The notes: generated by a model from the sequence alone, not told the origin. Positions 39,936 to 50,524 are shown, counted from the stretch's first letter. The stretch: DNA of 64,000 nt from an uncultured delta proteobacterium (GCA_963716725.1 CAVQUB010000011.1:448001-512000), one strand, 5' to 3'. A program made the numbers and translations.

Positions 39936-40874
39936 GTGCACCTGGCTTTCATCGGGGGAACCCGCTTCATCGGGCGCGCTGCGGCGCTGCGGGCGCTTCG
40001 CGCCGGCCACCGCGTGAGCGTGTTTCATCGGGGGCAGCACGCCTGCGACGTCGCGGGGGCCGAGGACGTCCTGGTCGATCGCGGAGATCCGTCGGCGCTC
40101 TCGGCGGCGCTCGCTCGCAGCGCTCCCGACGTGGTCATCGACACACGCGCGATGACCCGATCCGACGCGCAGGTGACGGCGCTCGCGCTGAAGGTGCTCG
40201 GCGTGCCGGGAGTCGTGCTGTCGAGCATCGACGTGTACGCGCAGTTCGGGCTGCTGAACGGCCTGCCCGGTCCCGAGCCCGAGGCGGTGGTGTCCGAGAC
40301 CGCCCCGCTCACGGTGCCCTACCCTTTTCGCGGACTCAGCACCGATCTGCCACCCGACTACGACAAGAAGGAGGTGGAGCAGGAGCTCGAAGACGCCGGG
40401 GTCGACGTCGTGGTGCTGCGCTTGCCGGCGGTGTACGGCAGCCGCGATCATCGCCGGCGCTTCGGAGGCATCGTGGATCGCCTCGACGCCGGCGCGCGCG
40501 TTCTGCCCTGCCAGGGAGGCGCCGCGTTTCGTCATGCCCACGCGCACGTCGAAGACGTCGCGCACGCGATCTTGCTCGGCGCCGAGCGCGGACCCCGAGG
40601 GTTCTCGGTGATGAACGTCGCCGAGCTCGAGACTCCCACCATGCGGGCGCGCGCGGAGGCCATCGCGGGCGCTATGGGCGCCGGCATCGAGTGGCAGGAA
40701 TCCACCGGCGATCTGCCCGGTGATCTGGCCATTTTGGGCCGCATGCCCAACGACGTCGTGCTGAGCTCGGCGAGGGTGCGCACACTCCTGGGCTTCGCCG
40801 AGGTCACGACGGCAGACGAGCGCCTGCGCGACCTCATCGACGGGCTGCGCGCGAGCCGGCTCTCCGTCAACTGA
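39936..40874 (+). CDS. NAD-dependent epimerase/dehydratase family protein
   Basis: GTG start; IGGTRFIG, SSIDVY, YDKK, LRLPAVYG, HVEDVA. Confidence 0.85.
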   Translation: MHLAFIGGTRFIGRAAALRALRAGHRVSVFHRGQHACDVAGAEDVLVDRGDPSALSAALARSAPDVVIDTRAMTRSDAQVTALALKVLGVPGVVLSSIDVYAQFGLLNGLPGPEPEAVVSETAPLTVPYPFRGLSTDLPPDYDKKEVEQELEDAGVDVVVLRLPAVYGSRDHRRRFGGIVDRLDAGARVLPCQGGAAFRHAHAHVEDVAHAILLGAERGPRGFSVMNVAELETPTMRARAEAIAGAMGAGIEWQESTGDLPGDLAILGRMPNDVVLSSARVRTLLGFAEVTTADERLRDLIDGLRASRLSVN

Positions 40875-40877
40875 CGG

Positions 40878-41411
40878 CTACTTCAGCACCAAGTCGCCGC
40901 CGGCGAAGGCGACCTGGGGCACGGGCTTGCCGTCGGCGGCGACGAAGGCACCGCGGTCGGAGACGAAGTCGATGGCGCCGGGCTGCCGCTGGCTGAGCGC
41001 GAAGGTCAGCACCCCGATCACGACCTCGGCGCCGGAGACGCCGCTCGCCTTGCCCTTGTGGGTCAGCGTGCCGACGAGCAGGCCTGGGGTCTTGGCAGCG
41101 CCGAGGGCCATGGGCGTCGAGCCGCCCCAGGCTGGCGACGCTTCGAGCTTGGCGAAGACCAGCGTGTCGGGATCGTAGCGCAGGCGAAACGCCACGCCGT
41201 AGAGATCGGTCAGCGAGTTGCCGACCAGCTCGAGCACCAGGCTATCGCCAGTGATCGCCTTTTCACGAAGTGTCAGCGAAGTGCCGGCGGGCCTCGCGTC
41301 GGCCTCGAACACCAGCTTGGGCTCGGGCTTGGGCTTGGAAGCGCCGCCCTCGTCGTCCGACGAGCACGCGAGCACCAGCAGTGGCAGCGCGAGGACGCAC
41401 CAGCGAATCAC
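40878..41411 (-). CDS. Cohesin-like domain lipoprotein
   Basis: Lipobox VLAC; DLYGVAFRLRYDPDTLVF...GVSG...IGVLTF pattern of cohesin beta-sandwiches. Confidence 0.7.
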   Translation of the reverse strand: MIRWCVLALPLLVLACSSDDEGGASKPKPEPKLVFEADARPAGTSLTLREKAITGDSLVLELVGNSLTDLYGVAFRLRYDPDTLVFAKLEASPAWGGSTPMALGAAKTPGLLVGTLTHKGKASGVSGAEVVIGVLTFALSQRQPGAIDFVSDRGAFVAADGKPVPQVAFAGGDLVLK

Positions 41412-43321
41412 TGTCCACCCGCCTTCACTGTGCCAAATGCGCCGGCGACGACGGCCAGGTCCGACTCCGAGATCGAACCGTTTTCGTCGACGTCGCAGCG
41501 CGGATCGAAGTCGAGGTCACTCGCCCAGATCCCCTCGCCGTCCGGCTGGGACGGATCAGCGGATTTGCCGAGCCGGAACGCGCAATGGATGACGTCGATC
41601 CCGTCGACCTGGCCGTCGAAATCCAGGTCGGCGGCCGTCGCCGAGCGGCTCCAGATCATGCCGTCTTGGCGGGGATTGGGTCGAACGCTGCGCACCGGCG
41701 CGGGTTCAGTGATCGTCACCGGCTGACCTGCCTCGAAAGTGACGAGCTGCTTCTTCACGCTGCCGTCGGCCAGCGTGATCCAGAGTTCCATCGGCAGCGA
41801 GAGCCCGCCGACGTCGGCGGCAGTGACGCTGAGCTTGCCGGACGCTTGACTGAAGCCGATGCGCGGCTCGGCGGCGCTCCCGGCCCACACCCACTGCGCA
41901 AACACGCCAGCGAGCTTTTGCCCGCTGGCCTTCTCGATCAGGGCTAGGAAATCCGCGGAGTCGCACAGCTTCTGAGCGCAGCCCTTGGCCCAGCTGCGCA
42001 GCACGCCGGCAAACACCTCGTCGCCAACGATCACGCGCAGGTATTCGATGAACGCCGACGATCGAATGTAGGCCCAGAGCGTGTCTTGGACGCTGTCCGT
42101 CGGCGCCTCCGTCCAGCTGGAGACCACGAGCGGCAGCGCGGGATCGCCCCGATACTTCACCAGCATCCAGTGCTCGCGGTAGCGCCGGGCCAGGTACTCC
42201 TCCCGGGGCGTGCCAGCGTGCTGCACCTGCGCCGCGTAGTCGATCTGGCTGAAGGTCGCCAAGCCTTCGACCAGCCAGCGCGTGGTCCCGATGTCCGTCG
42301 GCGACACCAGCACGCCCCACCACTGGTGCGCGTTCTCGTGGGCCAGAGTTTCCTCGAAGTAGTCCGCGCTTCCCGAGGCGTAGTCCTCGCTCAGCAGCGT
42401 GAGCCCGTGGCCGGCCGTGCCGCGGAAGATGTTCAGCCAGCCGACCGGCAACTTGAACACCTTGAGCTCTGGGTAGGGCAGCTTCTGGCCCGCCTGGGCG
42501 TCCATGAAGGGCAAGATGTCCTGCATCCAGCCCGCCATTTCGCTGGCATACCCGGGGCCATCGCTGGTGGTGAACACCCCGGTCGCCAGGCTCACTCCGG
42601 TCACTGCCTTCGACGCGAGCTGCCCCATCATCACGATGTTGCCGCCGTAGCTGTGGTAGCCGGGGATCACCCACTCGGTCGTGGTCTTGCCGCCGCTCGA
42701 GCTCTTCGAGACGCGGTCGCCGCTGGCGACGACGTCGGTGCCGTCGGGCACCGAGATCACCAGGGAGCGACCCGCGCCCCAGGCGTTGTAGCCGCCGAGG
42801 TTGTCTTGATCGTACACGCCGGGGATGGCGCCGTTCTCCGCCAGGAATGCCAACGGTTTGCCCGCGAAACACCCGCCGTTTTTGCACTCGAGAGTGCCGG
42901 CGTAGGCCGCGGTGAGGCTGAGCTGCTCACCGCTCGCGAGCGCCGGTGTCACGCTGAACGTCGCCTGCGTGTAGCCCTGGTAGGCCTTGTTCGAGACGCC
43001 CACGACCTTTCCCGCTGCCGCGGCCTGAGACACCGTCAGCCCGCCGTCGATCAAGATCGCGATCTGCGTGACCGGTGTCAGCGCCTTGACCTTCAGGACG
43101 ACCTGACCCGTGAGCACGCCGCTCTCGGGCACTACGTCGAGCATGGTGTCGACGGAGAGCACCTGGGTGCTGGCGTAGAGCGGGGACGACAGCAGCTGTG
43201 GCAGCGGCGCCCCGATGCCGGCCTGCCGCTGCGCGACCAGATCGGCGTAGCGCGGGATCGGTGTCGCCCACGCCGAGCTCGCGGCGAAAAGAATCCCCAG
43301 ACCCAGACCGCGAAGCGTCAT
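41408..43321 (-). CDS. Exported M1-family metallopeptidase with C-terminal dockerin-like domain
   Basis: Signal peptide; LAHENAHQWWG...WLVEGLA zinc motif; C-terminal DLDFDGQVDGIDV and DVDENGSISESDL Ca-binding repeats. Confidence 0.85.
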   Translation of the reverse strand: MTLRGLGLGILFAASSAWATPIPRYADLVAQRQAGIGAPLPQLLSSPLYASTQVLSVDTMLDVVPESGVLTGQVVLKVKALTPVTQIAILIDGGLTVSQAAAAGKVVGVSNKAYQGYTQATFSVTPALASGEQLSLTAAYAGTLECKNGGCFAGKPLAFLAENGAIPGVYDQDNLGGYNAWGAGRSLVISVPDGTDVVASGDRVSKSSSGGKTTTEWVIPGYHSYGGNIVMMGQLASKAVTGVSLATGVFTTSDGPGYASEMAGWMQDILPFMDAQAGQKLPYPELKVFKLPVGWLNIFRGTAGHGLTLLSEDYASGSADYFEETLAHENAHQWWGVLVSPTDIGTTRWLVEGLATFSQIDYAAQVQHAGTPREEYLARRYREHWMLVKYRGDPALPLVVSSWTEAPTDSVQDTLWAYIRSSAFIEYLRVIVGDEVFAGVLRSWAKGCAQKLCDSADFLALIEKASGQKLAGVFAQWVWAGSAAEPRIGFSQASGKLSVTAADVGGLSLPMELWITLADGSVKKQLVTFEAGQPVTITEPAPVRSVRPNPRQDGMIWSRSATAADLDFDGQVDGIDVIHCAFRLGKSADPSQPDGEGIWASDLDFDPRCDVDENGSISESDLAVVAGAFGTVKAGGQ

Positions 43322-43366
43322 CGGCGACCCGAAGCCTGGCCGCGTTCGAACCACTACGCAAGACGT

Positions 43367-43699
43367 TCAGCGCAGCTCGAGCTCGAAGTCGTCTTCGACG
43401 ACGATCTCGTCCCCTTCGATCCGCGCCAGAAACCGCCGCTGGTCGCCGCAGAGCCCGGCCGGAGCGATCAGCGCTCCGGTGCTCAGCGCGAACACGTAGC
43501 CGTGCATGGGGCAGGTGACGGTGTCGGCGTCACGCCTGCCCTCCGCCAAGCTCGCTCCCGCGTGATTGCAGCCGTCCTCGATGGCATGGGGCCGGCCCGC
43601 CACCAGCGCGACGCACACGTCGTAGGGCGGGTATTCGAGGCGCACCAGTCCCTCGCGTTCGACCCGCTCGAGGGGGACCCGGCCGACCAGCTTCTTCAC
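43367..43699 (-). CDS. Rieske [2Fe-2S] ferredoxin
   Basis: CNHAGASL and VTCPMHGYVF motifs; GTG start. Confidence 0.9.
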   Translation of the reverse strand: MKKLVGRVPLERVEREGLVRLEYPPYDVCVALVAGRPHAIEDGCNHAGASLAEGRRDADTVTCPMHGYVFALSTGALIAPAGLCGDQRRFLARIEGDEIVVEDDFELELR

Positions 43700-43710
43700 G
43701 GGATCCGAGA

Positions 43711-44583
43711 TCAGAACCGCCCGCCGTAGCCCACCCAGCCGCCGGACTTCCCGACGCGCAAGTCGAGCCCCGCGGTCTCTTTCTTCGGGGTCTTGCTGCC
43801 TGCGAGCCAGAGGTAGGTCGCTGCGCCGATACAAGCGACCCCGACGCCCAGCGCGATGTCCCCGATCAAGCGCTTCTGCTTGATCGAATCGACGTCGCCC
43901 GAGGCGCAATTGGGCTCGCACTTCGAGCTCTCGAGGTCGCTCTCTTCGCCGCTCGCGCCGAGCCAAAAATACGCGGTCCCGCCCAACGCCAAGAGCCCCA
44001 CCCCACCGAGCACGTAGCTGATCATCGGCGGCTTGCCCGCGGTGGGCTTCTGCTCTGGCTCGGGGTCGGGGTCGGGCTGGGGATCGGCTGCCGCAGGCGG
44101 GGACGCGCTCTGTTTCGCGAAGCTGACCGAGATGACCTTGTTCTTCTGGCCTTGGCGCAGAATGAACTCTTGTTCGACGGGCGCCTCGCCGGCGTATTCC
44201 AGCAGGAGCTTGTGGGTTCCCGGGTCGACCTCAATGGCGTTGACGTCGAGCTTCTCGGTGAGCACCTCTCCGTCGAGAGTCACCTTCACCTCGAAGGTCT
44301 CCTTGCCGTCCGGCCCCTTCGCCTCGATCACAATGGACGGGATCGACGCGTTCACCTCATCGAGCCAGGACACGCAGTCCTTCTTCACGGCCGCCAGACA
44401 CTCGTCTTTGGCGCAGATGAGCAGCTGTTCGCGAGCCTTCTTGAAGGAGCTCGCGGCCTTCAGCTTCTGCGCATCGACGTAGGAGGCGGCGCACTCCTTC
44501 TTGCCCGCGACCGCCGGCGGAGCCACCGACACGACCGCTAGCGCTGCCACGGTCACGAGCCCGAAGAGTCCTGTCTGCTTCAT
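43711..44583 (-). CDS. Exported PEGA-like domain protein with C-terminal membrane segments
   Basis: Signal peptide, Cys/helical N-terminal region, VTLDGE...IEVDPGTH beta domain, two hydrophobic helices, terminal GRF. Confidence 0.65.
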   Translation of the reverse strand: MKQTGLFGLVTVAALAVVSVAPPAVAGKKECAASYVDAQKLKAASSFKKAREQLLICAKDECLAAVKKDCVSWLDEVNASIPSIVIEAKGPDGKETFEVKVTLDGEVLTEKLDVNAIEVDPGTHKLLLEYAGEAPVEQEFILRQGQKNKVISVSFAKQSASPPAAADPQPDPDPEPEQKPTAGKPPMISYVLGGVGLLALGGTAYFWLGASGEESDLESSKCEPNCASGDVDSIKQKRLIGDIALGVGVACIGAATYLWLAGSKTPKKETAGLDLRVGKSGGWVGYGGRF

Positions 44584-44584
44584 C

Positions 44585-46291
44585 TCACATGCACTCCGGC
44601 TTGACGTGTTTGATGCCGCTCGAGTCGACCGTGAACGGCGTCTCGCAGCCCTTGGCAACCTTCGGCGGCGGCTTGGTGACGGTGGCCGTCGCTTGGGTCT
44701 GGGGCGGCTTCTCGGTCGCGGGTTTGTCCGGCTTCGCCGCCGCGGGGGCGGGTTTGTCTGGCTTTGGCCCGGGAGGGCTGGGCTTGTCTTCCGGGAGGTC
44801 GATCACGGCGATGCCAGTGGCAATGGGAGCCGCGCTCGGCTCCGGCGCGGCCTCGGGCGCCACCGCGCCGGTGGACGGCGCTGTCACCGACGCCGTCGTG
44901 GGAGAAACTTCGATCGCCGACTCGGGCACGCGCGAGCGACCGCGGAACCAGACGAAGAGCATGATGATGGAGAGTCCAAAGACCGCTGACACCGCCACGG
45001 ACGCGAAGATGACCTTGCCTCTGGAGGTGGGTGCGACCGCAGGTTGCGGCGAGCCTGGCCAGGCCGCTGCGAGTGCGCCCGGCAGCGGCTGCGCCGGCTG
45101 GGGGTGACCATGCGCCACCAGCGATGGGTGCAGCGCGAACGACGCCGACCCTTCCATGGGTCCCGGGTGGTGTGGGAGCGGAGGCGGAGGCGGCGTTCCG
45201 AACTGCAACCCGGGGGATTGAGTGATGCCGGAGCGAGATGCGTCGAAGCGGGGCGGATCGTGGAACACCTGGGGACCGGACGCATCGTGCAGAGAGACTC
45301 GAACCGCGCTGGTGCTCTCCATCTCGCGCACCCTCGCTGCGCGAATCGCCAAGGTCTCGGCGCCGACCGACTGCACCCACTCCGCCACCTCGTAGGGCGA
45401 GGCGACGCCGATGGTGCGCTCGACGGCGATGGCCAACTCGCGAGCCGTGCTCCAACGCTCGTCCGGGTTCATCGCCAGCCCGCGCATCACCAGCGCGTCT
45501 ACCTCCGGCGGCACCGAAGGATTCAGGGACGAGGGCGGCGGGAAACCGCCCGCGAGCACCGCTCCGAGAACCTGGCCCTCGCTCATGCCATGAATGAGCC
45601 GACGCCCCGCAAAGCCCTCCCACATCAGGGCCGCTGCGGCGTAGATGTCCGTGCGCCGGTCGAGCTCGTCACCGCGGATCTGCTCCGGCGCCATGTAGGC
45701 GAGCTTGCCTTTGAGCTGGCCGTCGCGAGTGTTCTGCATGCGCCCGGCAGCCTTGGCCACGCCAAAGTCGAGCACCCGGGCGACGCCGTCGACCCCGACC
45801 AAGACGTTCTGGGGCGACACGTCTCGATGCACGATGCCCAGCGGTCGCCCGTGCTCGTCCGTGGCTTCGTGAGCCGCGTGCAAGCCGTGCAGGGTGTTGA
45901 CCAAGATGCTCGCCAGCACCCGCGACCCGATGGGCACCCCCTTGACGCGGGTCGCTTTGAGCAGGTGCGAGAAGCTCTCGCCTTGGACGTAGTCGAGGAC
46001 CAGAAAGACCTCGCCTTCGGAGGCGACGACGTCGAGGGTCGCGACCACGTTCGGGTGCTGGATGCGAGCGGCGACCCTCGCCTCGTCGAGGAACATGCTG
46101 ACGAACTCGGGATCCCGGGCAAGGTGCGGATGCAGGCACTTGATGGCGACGGTCTTGGAGAAGCCGACGGGGCCGAGCATGCGGCCGAGGTGCACGGTCG
46201 CCATGCCGCCGGCGGCAATCTCGTCGAAGAGCGCGTAGCGCCCGAGCACTCGCTCGTTTCCGGTCCTTCCGGTCATGGGTCGCTCACTCAT
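44585..46291 (-). CDS. Membrane Hanks-type serine/threonine protein kinase
   Basis: IAAGGMATV, VAIK, HPNVV, VHRDVSPQN, DFGVAK, YMAPEQ, DIYA; TM helix; C-terminal CETPF...KPEC. Confidence 0.95.
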   Translation of the reverse strand: MSERPMTGRTGNERVLGRYALFDEIAAGGMATVHLGRMLGPVGFSKTVAIKCLHPHLARDPEFVSMFLDEARVAARIQHPNVVATLDVVASEGEVFLVLDYVQGESFSHLLKATRVKGVPIGSRVLASILVNTLHGLHAAHEATDEHGRPLGIVHRDVSPQNVLVGVDGVARVLDFGVAKAAGRMQNTRDGQLKGKLAYMAPEQIRGDELDRRTDIYAAAALMWEGFAGRRLIHGMSEGQVLGAVLAGGFPPPSSLNPSVPPEVDALVMRGLAMNPDERWSTARELAIAVERTIGVASPYEVAEWVQSVGAETLAIRAARVREMESTSAVRVSLHDASGPQVFHDPPRFDASRSGITQSPGLQFGTPPPPPLPHHPGPMEGSASFALHPSLVAHGHPQPAQPLPGALAAAWPGSPQPAVAPTSRGKVIFASVAVSAVFGLSIIMLFVWFRGRSRVPESAIEVSPTTASVTAPSTGAVAPEAAPEPSAAPIATGIAVIDLPEDKPSPPGPKPDKPAPAAAKPDKPATEKPPQTQATATVTKPPPKVAKGCETPFTVDSSGIKHVKPECM

Positions 46292-46298
46292 GCCTAGT

Positions 46299-48652
46299 TC
46301 ACCGCAGCTCGTTGGTCCACATGCACCGATAGGCGAGGGGCGACGCTGGCAACGAAACCGACGACGAGGTCCCAAACACGTCCGCAAAGGCCGGGTCGAC
46401 GCCAGTCCACCGCACGCGCGTCGCTCGAAGCTCGTATCCGCCAGTCGGGCTCGCCAGGTAGAGGCTGAAGTCGCCGGCCCAAATGAACGTGTTCGAACCG
46501 TTGGCGAGGCCCGCGCGGATCGCCTCCATCAAGTCGCGTCCCGACGCGGGGTGCCCGCCGTTCAGCCGACAGGTATCGATGGCCGCCTGCAAGGTCGCCG
46601 GCGCTCGATTGTTCGCGTCGAACCAGAGCTTTGCGCCGGAGCCGCCGGGGAGCGCGATCTCGGTGCAGCCTCCCTCGCACGCCGAGGCGGCCGGGCCTGA
46701 ATAGCCGGTATCAACGGGGTAGTACAGGCAGCGAACTGCCAGCGACGCCGTCTTGGCTTGCGCGTTCAGATCAGCGCCGCCGACGTAGGCGGGGGTCGAC
46801 ACGCCTGTCCAACGCAGTACCGAAGCCGTCGCCGATGTCAGCACCGCCGTGCTGCTGTCCGCGCCCCACAGCCAGGCGTTCGTGCCGCCGGGCAGGCCGC
46901 GCCCGACGAGCTCAGCGAGCTCCGCCGTCGTCGGCACGTGGCCTCCCTTGGCAAAACACGCGCTCGCGGCCGCCGCCCAACCGAGCACCGCGCTGTCCTT
47001 GGTCTCGCTCTTCGCGCCGCCGCCGGGGGGATCCACTCGTCCGCGATGGTGCTCGGGTGAGTGCCGCTTTGACTCGAACCGACACAGCGGAAAGGCCGGA
47101 GACTCGTGGTCGTGCTGGAGGTGATCCCGCTGGCAAGATCGAAGGTCTTCGGATCTTGCCAGCGCAGGATGAGATCCGAGTCGTTCCGGGTGTCGTCCGC
47201 CGTATGAAGGTAGACGTTGCTGCCGGTGCTCACGCCCTGCCCGATGCCTTGGACCAGCCGCGCTGGCGTCGCCAGGTGCCCTCGGTAGAACGCGCACTCC
47301 CAGATCGCCGAGCCCTTGGGCAGGGGCGGCCGATCCGAGATGTCGATGTTGTGTTTCTTGCTCTCGGTGTCGAGGCTGAGGCAGCCCTGCGCGGCAGGGC
47401 CGTAGCAGGCCTTGCCCGTGAAGCTCGCCGGCAGCGGTGGTGGGCACACGCAGCGGTAGTTGAGGCTCGCGGTCGCCGCGCCGGTGGCTGTGCTCCCGCT
47501 GCTGAGGCGCACCCGGATCTGATCTCCGACGCCGTTGGGCGTGACCGACCAGAGGTAGTTGGTGTGGGTGGTCTGCCCAACGGTCGCCGATTGGGTCGCC
47601 CCGACCCGGTACAGCTCGCTCGCCGTCGGCAACCGCCCGCCGAGTCCCGTGCACACTTGAGCCGCTGGAGCGTAGGCGGCCGCTGCGCGCTCGAGGCCGT
47701 CCCACGAATACCCCCACGGGTCGGTGATGGCTTGGTTCAGCTGGGTCTTGCAGGCAATGACGCACTTGCCCGCGCTGCACTCCTGCGTGCTGGTGCACGC
47801 CGTCCCGCAGGCGCCGCAGTTGGCGCTGTCAGAGTCGAGACTCACGCACGAGCCGCTGCAGTTGGTCTCTCCAGTCGCGCAGCTCAGCGAGCACTTGCCA
47901 GCGCTGCACACTTCGTTTCCGACGCAGGCGTTGCCGCACGCCCCGCAGTTCTGGCCGTCGGTATCGAGGCTCTTGCAGAGGCCGGAGCATTCGATCTGCC
48001 CGCCGGGGCACGCGATCTTACACTGGCCCGCGCTACAGGCTTCACCCGCTTTGCAGGCCACGCCGCAGCCGCCACAGTGGTTCTGGTTCGTCTGCGTGTC
48101 GACGCAGGCGCCCGAGCACTCGACTTGACTGCCCGTGCAGCTCACCTCGCAACTGCCCGCCTTGCAGGCCTGCCCCGTCGGACAGTTGTTGCCGCACTTG
48201 CCGCAGTGTTGGTCGTCGACCTGGAGCTCGACGCACGACGATCCGCAGGCCGTCTGACCCGGAAAGCAAGTCAGGTTACAGGTGCCGTTGCCGCAAATCT
48301 CGCCCTTGTTGCACACGCTCGCGCAGTCGCCACAGTGAAGCGGATCCTTGCTCACGTCGACGCAGGCGGAGTCACAGTTGGTCTTGCCCGCGGAGCAATC
48401 ATCGGCACAGGCGCCGAGGTCGCAGACCTGGCTGCTACCGCAGGCGGCGGAACAGGCCCCGCAGTGAGCGGGGTTCGAGCGCGTGTCCACGCAGTCCTCG
48501 CCGCAGCGATCGAGGCCCGCCGAACACGCCGCGGCGCCCCCGCCACCCTGGTCGAAGTGGTCGAGATCGGAGCCGAGCACCGAGCACGCCGCGCCCCACA
48601 GCAAGCACAACCCCACGCCGATGCGGGCGACAATCGCGGCTCGCGACTTCAT
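46299..48652 (-). CDS. Lipoprotein with Stig1/MXAN_6577-like Cys repeats and four C-type-lectin-fold (DUF1566-like) modules; frameshift at G6 47025-47030
   Basis: Lipobox GAAC; repeats CxxxCVDxxxxxxHCGxCxxxC; modules CxxxGG(R/H)LPT..EL; adding one base to the G run joins ORFs 46838..49210 and 46299..47798. Confidence 0.75.
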
Positions 48653-50499
48653 TTGCTGGGCTGCCCCATGCGCAGCGGGCCGCCGCGCGCGGTCGGCCAG
48701 AGCAGGCACTTGGTGCCCGAGCCGGGGATCTTGAACACGTCCATCCCGTGCTCGAAGGTCTGCACGAAGACCTCCAGCGCCCCGTCGCCATCCAAATCGC
48801 CGACCGCCGGCGCCGCCGGGGCGCCATTGCCGTTGCCGTTCTGACCGGGGTTGGGCAGCGGCACGTCGAAGAGCAGCTTGCCGTCCTGCGCCAAGATGAC
48901 CAGGTGTCCCGAGTCCTTGACGTTGGGATCCCCGAAGGTCGAGAACAACACCTCGGGGGAGCCGTCTTGGTTCAGATCCGCGACGATGGGCTCGGAAGCA
49001 AACATGATCGTCTTGCCGAACATGTAGTTGAACTTCCAGAGCTGCTTTCCGCCCGCGTCGAACGCATACATATGGCCGTCGTTCAGCGAGGCGATGACCT
49101 CGGGTTTGCTGTCGCCCTGGAGATCGATGGTGGCGGGCGCCGGCACGCCGCCGGGCGGGTAGTACCCGCTCACGGCAATCGGCTTGCCGCCCCGGGGCAG
49201 AGTCTCCCAACCCGCCTTGCGCATGCCCGACCGGCTGCCGTCACCGTGATTGCCTTCGAGGGCCATGACGGCGTAGGCCTGGGTCTCGTAGGGCTCGTTC
49301 TTCTCCACATTCGGAACGCCCACGACCTCGTTCTTCCCGTCCTGATCGAGGTCGACGACGTTCGGCGGCGACGCCGTCCACTGGAGCCATTCGGCCCAGC
49401 TGGGGTGCGGCCAGGTTCCGGTGTGGTCGTGATAGTGATCCGACTCGACCTTCGGATCGGTCCAGCGGATGAACTGGCCCCAGGTCAGGCGCTGCCCCGA
49501 GAATTTGCTGTCGCGATTCTTGAACCAGGGCGACGAATCGATGGCCACGCCATCGTGGTCGAAGGCCTGGATGTGGTGGTTGTCGTAGGTCGCGAGGATC
49601 TCCAGCTGTGGATCATCGTCGATGTTGCCGATGCCGACGTTCAGGCCATAACAACCGTAGCCGCTGTGGCCCATCCCGTTGCGATCGGCGTCGTTCCCGG
49701 TCCCGGTCTTGCTGTTGTAGCGCGGCCAGGCCTGCCAGGAGATGCCCGCGGGTTGGTAGAGCTTGCCGTTGGCGGAATAGACGAAGACCTGCGCACCGCC
49801 GTTCTTGGTGCTCGCCGTTTGGGTGGTGGTCGCGACCACCTCGATCTTGCCGTCGCCGTTCAGATCCGCCGCCGCCAGCCCGCGAACCTCCGGCGCGTTG
49901 CCCGCCGTGGTCGTATCGACCGGCCAGCCCGCCTTCAGGCTCAGCTTCCCGGCCTTCCACTCGTAGGCGATCACCTGCTTCGAGTTGCCCACGACGATCT
50001 CGGTCACCCCGTCAGCATCGAGATCCGCGACCACGTGCGGCGCGTACACACGACCGCCGCCGTCCTTGGCGCTCGAGAGCAGCACTCCCTGACTGTCGTA
50101 CACAAAGACCGAGTAGTAGGCCGCGACGAGCTCGTTCTTTCCGTCTTTGTCCAGATCGACGACCAGCGGCGAGGCGAACCAGCTGGTCTCACCCTTGATG
50201 TTCTTCCACAGCGTCGGGGCTTGCACCGGACCCGTGCTGGCGCCGGTCTCGCAGGTGGGGTTGGTGGCGCCTCCGGTGTTGCCGGTGCCGCCGCCTCCCG
50301 AGTTTCCGCTGCCGCCCCCGCCGCTGTTGCCGCTGCCACCGCTGCCACCGCTGTTGCCGCCGGCGCCGCTGGCGTTGCCGCTGCCGCCGGTCCCGCTACC
50401 GCCGGTGCCCGGCGTTCCCTCCGAGTCGTCACCACCGCAACCGGCGAGCGCGCTTCCGCCGAGCAAGAGAGTCAAGCCGAGACAGGTTCGAAGCTTCAT
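48649..50499 (-). CDS. FG-GAP/VCBS repeat lipoprotein
   Basis: Lipobox LAGC; multiple DLDxDGxxE Ca-blade repeats. Confidence 0.85.
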   Translation of the reverse strand: MKLRTCLGLTLLLGGSALAGCGGDDSEGTPGTGGSGTGGSGNASGAGGNSGGSGGSGNSGGGGSGNSGGGGTGNTGGATNPTCETGASTGPVQAPTLWKNIKGETSWFASPLVVDLDKDGKNELVAAYYSVFVYDSQGVLLSSAKDGGGRVYAPHVVADLDADGVTEIVVGNSKQVIAYEWKAGKLSLKAGWPVDTTTAGNAPEVRGLAAADLNGDGKIEVVATTTQTASTKNGGAQVFVYSANGKLYQPAGISWQAWPRYNSKTGTGNDADRNGMGHSGYGCYGLNVGIGNIDDDPQLEILATYDNHHIQAFDHDGVAIDSSPWFKNRDSKFSGQRLTWGQFIRWTDPKVESDHYHDHTGTWPHPSWAEWLQWTASPPNVVDLDQDGKNEVVGVPNVEKNEPYETQAYAVMALEGNHGDGSRSGMRKAGWETLPRGGKPIAVSGYYPPGGVPAPATIDLQGDSKPEVIASLNDGHMYAFDAGGKQLWKFNYMFGKTIMFASEPIVADLNQDGSPEVLFSTFGDPNVKDSGHLVILAQDGKLLFDVPLPNPGQNGNGNGAPAAPAVGDLDGDGALEVFVQTFEHGMDVFKIPGSGTKCLLWPTARGGPLRMGQPSK

Positions 50500-50524
50500 G
50501 GGTTCCCTCACTCTGAGCTGAGTC

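Noticed and set aside
46299..47700. Diversity-generating retroelement target (C-type lectin fold)
   Set aside because: No reverse transcriptase and no template/variable repeat pair differing at adenines in the window
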